Assembly: GCA_010909165.1 (NCBI GenBank)
Contig: MU008182.1
Span: 310,001 to 374,000, forward strand
Direction: 5' to 3'
Length of the DNA stretch: 64,000 bases
Source: Anthoceros angustus
Lineage: Eukaryota > Plantae > Anthocerotophyta
Positions 61,544 through 64,000 of this stretch are shown piece by piece. Numbering within the stretch: position 1 is the first letter of the stretch; the number at the start of each line of letters is the position of its first letter. The notes below the pieces were generated by a model that saw only the letters and a list, made by a program, of their open reading frames with translations, was not told where the DNA came from and did no database searches. The position numbers and the translations under genes were made by a program.

Positions 61544-64000
61544 TGTGGTAGGGAGAATCCGGGGCACTCCCGAGGTCCTCCCACTATAGCGGCCACACTT
61601 ATCCCACTGCCGCTCAGACGCTGGGTTTCGTCCCATGAGACTTGTGTGAAAGTTCGAGGTCGTGATGCGTCGCTACTGCACACACTTCTCGGCCTTCTCA
61701 ACAAGCAAGGCGCCTCTACTCTCCCTCTCACGTGCACCACTTGCACCGCTCAAAATCGCCAACCTCGACCCACAACGACACAAAACAATTGCGGGTCCGC
61801 CTCGGAAGGAGCCTACCACGGGCGCCTGTGGACCCCCGGTTCACACCGCGATTTCGTCCCTACTTAAGACCAAACTTGACCTACAACGACACAACACACC
61901 AGGTGTCCCGCCTCAAGAAGAAGAGCCTACCACGGGCGCCGGGGACCCCCGGTTCACACCGCGATTTCGTCCCTACTTAAGACCAAACTTCTCCACCTGT
62001 GAGCGCTTTTTACTTGATTTGGGATTCGTCCTTAGGCTCGCCTGTGGCCTTCCACTAACACCTACACCTCTAATCCTCTACTCATCTTCTCATCTCCTCA
62101 TCCTCTTCCTCCTAGTCTAACCTCGATTCGGGCTTCTTGGTTTCGACCGCCTTAAGACAACCGCCTGGGTCCGCCTCCACCAAGAAGTTCTTCCTTGGGC
62201 TTGCTATGAGTTTGACACTGTGACAATGAGAACCTCCAGGAGTCTTTCCACCTGTAGTCTACCCTCAAGCCGAGAGTTCTCGGGCATTTGCCACACACCC
62301 AAAGCAAAGCAATTTCACGGCAACCATTCACAAGGGGAGCAACTCGTTTAGGCACTTGCAGCAAGTCCTCCACCAAGCACTCGACCACCGCGACTTCCTC
62401 TCTACCAGACGTGTTGGCTCACAAATGCACGAAATTCCTCTGTAATGGCAAAGGACTCATGAGCGTGGAAGCGCAAGACATGATACTTTACTTTGTGAAA
62501 TCCTCCTCCTCTTATAGGAGGCCTTCCACATACAACCTCCCTTGGGTGACCCTACTGCAGGTCACCTTTTCCAATATTCTATTATTTCCTACCGCCACAT
62601 TTAATGTCCGCACCTAAGTCTATTGTCTGCTTGGTAAATCCTATTCTAGCAACTTCACCTAAGTCTATCCTCGAAGGATGTCGATTACATCACCGTCCTT
62701 CCTATTCTTCTACCTAGCATTTATGGCCCTTGACCATATCTAGTCTTCACCTTTTGGGGTAGGGACGTGTCCGGTGGATTGGCTCCCTCGCCTCCTTTTG
62801 CTCTTGCCCTTCCCGGCCTTTGTCCGCTTCCTAATGTGTGGGGCAAGTACAATCTTGCCCTTCCTCCATCTCCGCGGGCGGCGCCTGATTCCTCTTCCTC
62901 CCAATCGCGCTTCCCGCGCACCTAGGCGCCTTCCTCCATCTCCGTCGCTGGTCGCGTTTTGTCGCACCCTACGGTAGTCTGGCGGACTACGGTGTGACCA
63001 TCGTGGTAGTCCGCCCCTAGCTCCTTACTTCCTTCTTTCCCGCCTCCGGTGAGGTTTCTTGGTAAATTCTATTCTAGCAACTTCACCTAAGACCATCCTT
63101 GAAGGATGTCGGTCTACATCACTATCCTTCCTATTCTTCTACCTAGCATTTATGGTCATTGACCATTCTAGTCTTCACCTTTTGGGGTAGGGGTGTCATT
63201 GGCTCCCTCGCCCTCCTTTTGCTCTTGCCCTTCCCGGCCTTTGTCGCTTCCTAATGTGTGGGGCAAGTACAATCTTGCCCTTCCTCCATCTCCGCGGGCG
63301 TCGATTCCTCGGCCTCCCAATCGCGCTTCCCGCGCACCTGGCGCCTTCCTCCATCTCCGTCGCTGGTCGCGTTTTGTCGCACCTACCGGTAGTCAGCGGA
63401 CTACGGGGTAGTGACCCATGTGTAGCTAACTCCTTCTTCCTTCTTTCCTCCATCGGTGAGGTTTCTTGGGTCGGGATCTTCATTGCTCTTTGCCTTGTTT
63501 GGTTGTCCATACCTATCATAGAGCACCCTTCATCCCCATCCGCCCACCATGCGATTTGCCTAATCTCTCCGGGCCCTTTTGCGTTGGACTCCTCCTCGGG
63601 TCCGGTTCCTCCCTTACTCGTGGGATAAGGGATTCCTCACCCCTTCTCCTCACGGGTCGGACCCGTCCTTAGTTTCCTCGGTGGGGTTGTCTCTCCCACC
63701 ACCCAGTGCTCCTCGGGGTATACTCTGCACCCCGGCTTTCCATCTTGATTGGGCCGTCCCAACTCCCCAACAAGCTGTGCCGCACCCTACCCGAGTCCGC
63801 ATCACCGCGAGGTGGTGCCCCCACGGTAGTCCGCAGATCATGGTAGGGTGGTCACCCACCGAGGTAGGGTGACCGCGAGGCGGGCTGTCCCCTCCTTGCT
63901 CTCGCCGTCTCCCGATCCGGTGTCGCGGTGGCTCCTTCACCTCGACTCCTCAGTTCCTCGAGTCCATTTCACCGATGGCCTCATCAAAATCGGAGGCCTC
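61544..64000 (-). mobile_element. Element 4: LTR end plus accessory-ORF tail, related to elements 1 and 3; internal tandem duplications of about 120 bp and about 430 bp
   Basis: Terminus TGTGGTAGGG inserted into copia G. Aligns with 33344-34270. The ORF tail has HPTSVGDHPTM heptads. CTATTCTAGCAACTTCACCTAAG at 62641 and about 63070. Confidence 0.8.

Noticed and set aside
1-64000. tRNA, rRNA or other structural RNA genes
   Set aside because: No cloverleaf, A/B-box pair or rRNA signature was recognised; only PBS complements are present.

Overview
Nuclear DNA from a land plant, probably a non-seed plant such as a bryophyte, lycophyte or fern (inferred, not proven). About 85% of the window is nested, decayed LTR retrotransposon sequence: at least six Ty1/copia remnants, a chromovirus-like Ty3/gypsy element, gypsy gag/protease fragments, and four related elements carrying accessory ORFs. 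One host gene is intact: a 19-exon ARM-repeat/BTB gene of the ARIA/ABAP1 family (minus strand, 49162-54574, 703 aa, all introns GT-AG). There is also a decayed, spliced, Sfi1-repeat-like (centrin-binding) gene at about 28.9-31.2 kb. The main leads are: (1) a retroelement architecture with two polypurine tracts, in which an accessory ORF may sit inside a multi-kb LTR; (2) 21-bp-phased palindrome arrays that encode PT-x-VG heptads on both strands; (3) nested inversions of one copia element, with a 163-bp breakpoint duplication and 3-5 bp microhomologies; (4) a gypsy-gag insertion in a copia RT that has frame-restoring GT-AG borders; (5) a copia element with a half-tRNA primer site; (6) a retrotransposon-derived tandem array, long hairpins, and a foldback element in the ARIA promoter. 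Many tandem duplicates differ by 1-3 nt indels and one stretch is a microhomology mosaic, so part of the repeat structure may be a long-read assembly artefact. All alignments and counts were done by eye.
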